A DNA stretch of 64,000 nucleotides from Octopus sinensis (Eukaryota), in NCBI RefSeq assembly GCF_006345805.1, contig NC_043001.1, forward strand, positions 66,402,001 to 66,466,000, written 5' to 3'. Every line of letters starts with the position of its first letter. Position 1 is the stretch's first letter. A model generated the notes under the pieces. It ran no database searches. It saw only the letters and a program-made list of their open reading frames with translations, and was not told the DNA's origin. The position numbers and the translations under genes were made by a program. This document shows, one piece after another, positions 63,591 through 64,000 of the stretch.

Positions 63591-64000
63591 ATATATATAT
63601 ATAAAAAACTGAGAATGTGTGTCTGTCTGTCTGTGTGAATCCCTAAAACTTGAGAACTACGCAACCAATTTCATTCAAATTTTACACATGCCTTACTTAG
63701 GGTCCATGTAGTGTCATGGGTAAAAAAATTTCTAACTTTTTGCCTAGGGCGAGCCCACAGCAATATCATATCTTCTCCACTATTTCAGTATTACATGTTA
63801 AAAGTGAAACAAAAACGTCTCTCTATTGTAATGTCAGATACTTTCACTTTAATACTGAAACTATTAAAGTCAAACTATTATATAAGAGGGATGAACCATT
63901 AACAGTGGACATCCATTTTGCTAGAATAATATAACTGAGTCATGGGATGATGTGTAACCTTCGACTTTGAATAGTGCTTGGAAAAGTATATGGCCAGACT
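63587..64000 (+). mobile_element. Possible non-autonomous Helitron/DINE-like element 5' end
   Basis: atctatatatat..aaaaact start, (TCTG)n microsatellite, aaccaatttcattcaaatttt segment. Confidence 0.4.

Overview
AT-rich eukaryotic genomic DNA, almost entirely repeats. The repeat families and dense (TA)n/(CA)n tracts resemble a cephalopod (Octopus-like) genome; this is inferred from family appearance, not from a search. One convincing host gene is present: an intronless RING-HC plus NHL-like beta-propeller ORF (45184-46734, minus strand). The rest is decayed RTE and CR1-type LINEs, one REL-endonuclease LINE remnant, mariner and maT-like transposons, tRNA-derived SINEs, microsatellites and many Penelope-like element (PLE) pieces. 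The main unexplained structure is a series of fold-back inverted duplications. Several of them are PLE 3' ends arranged head-to-head with their tails outward, usually bounded by (TA)n, and carrying type I hammerhead ribozyme motifs with palindromic stem III. I count about 16 intact-to-degenerate hammerhead motifs. They include long-stem-II forms, U4C core variants and an apparent A3:U8 compensatory core variant. All alignments and folds were done by eye, so boundaries are approximate.
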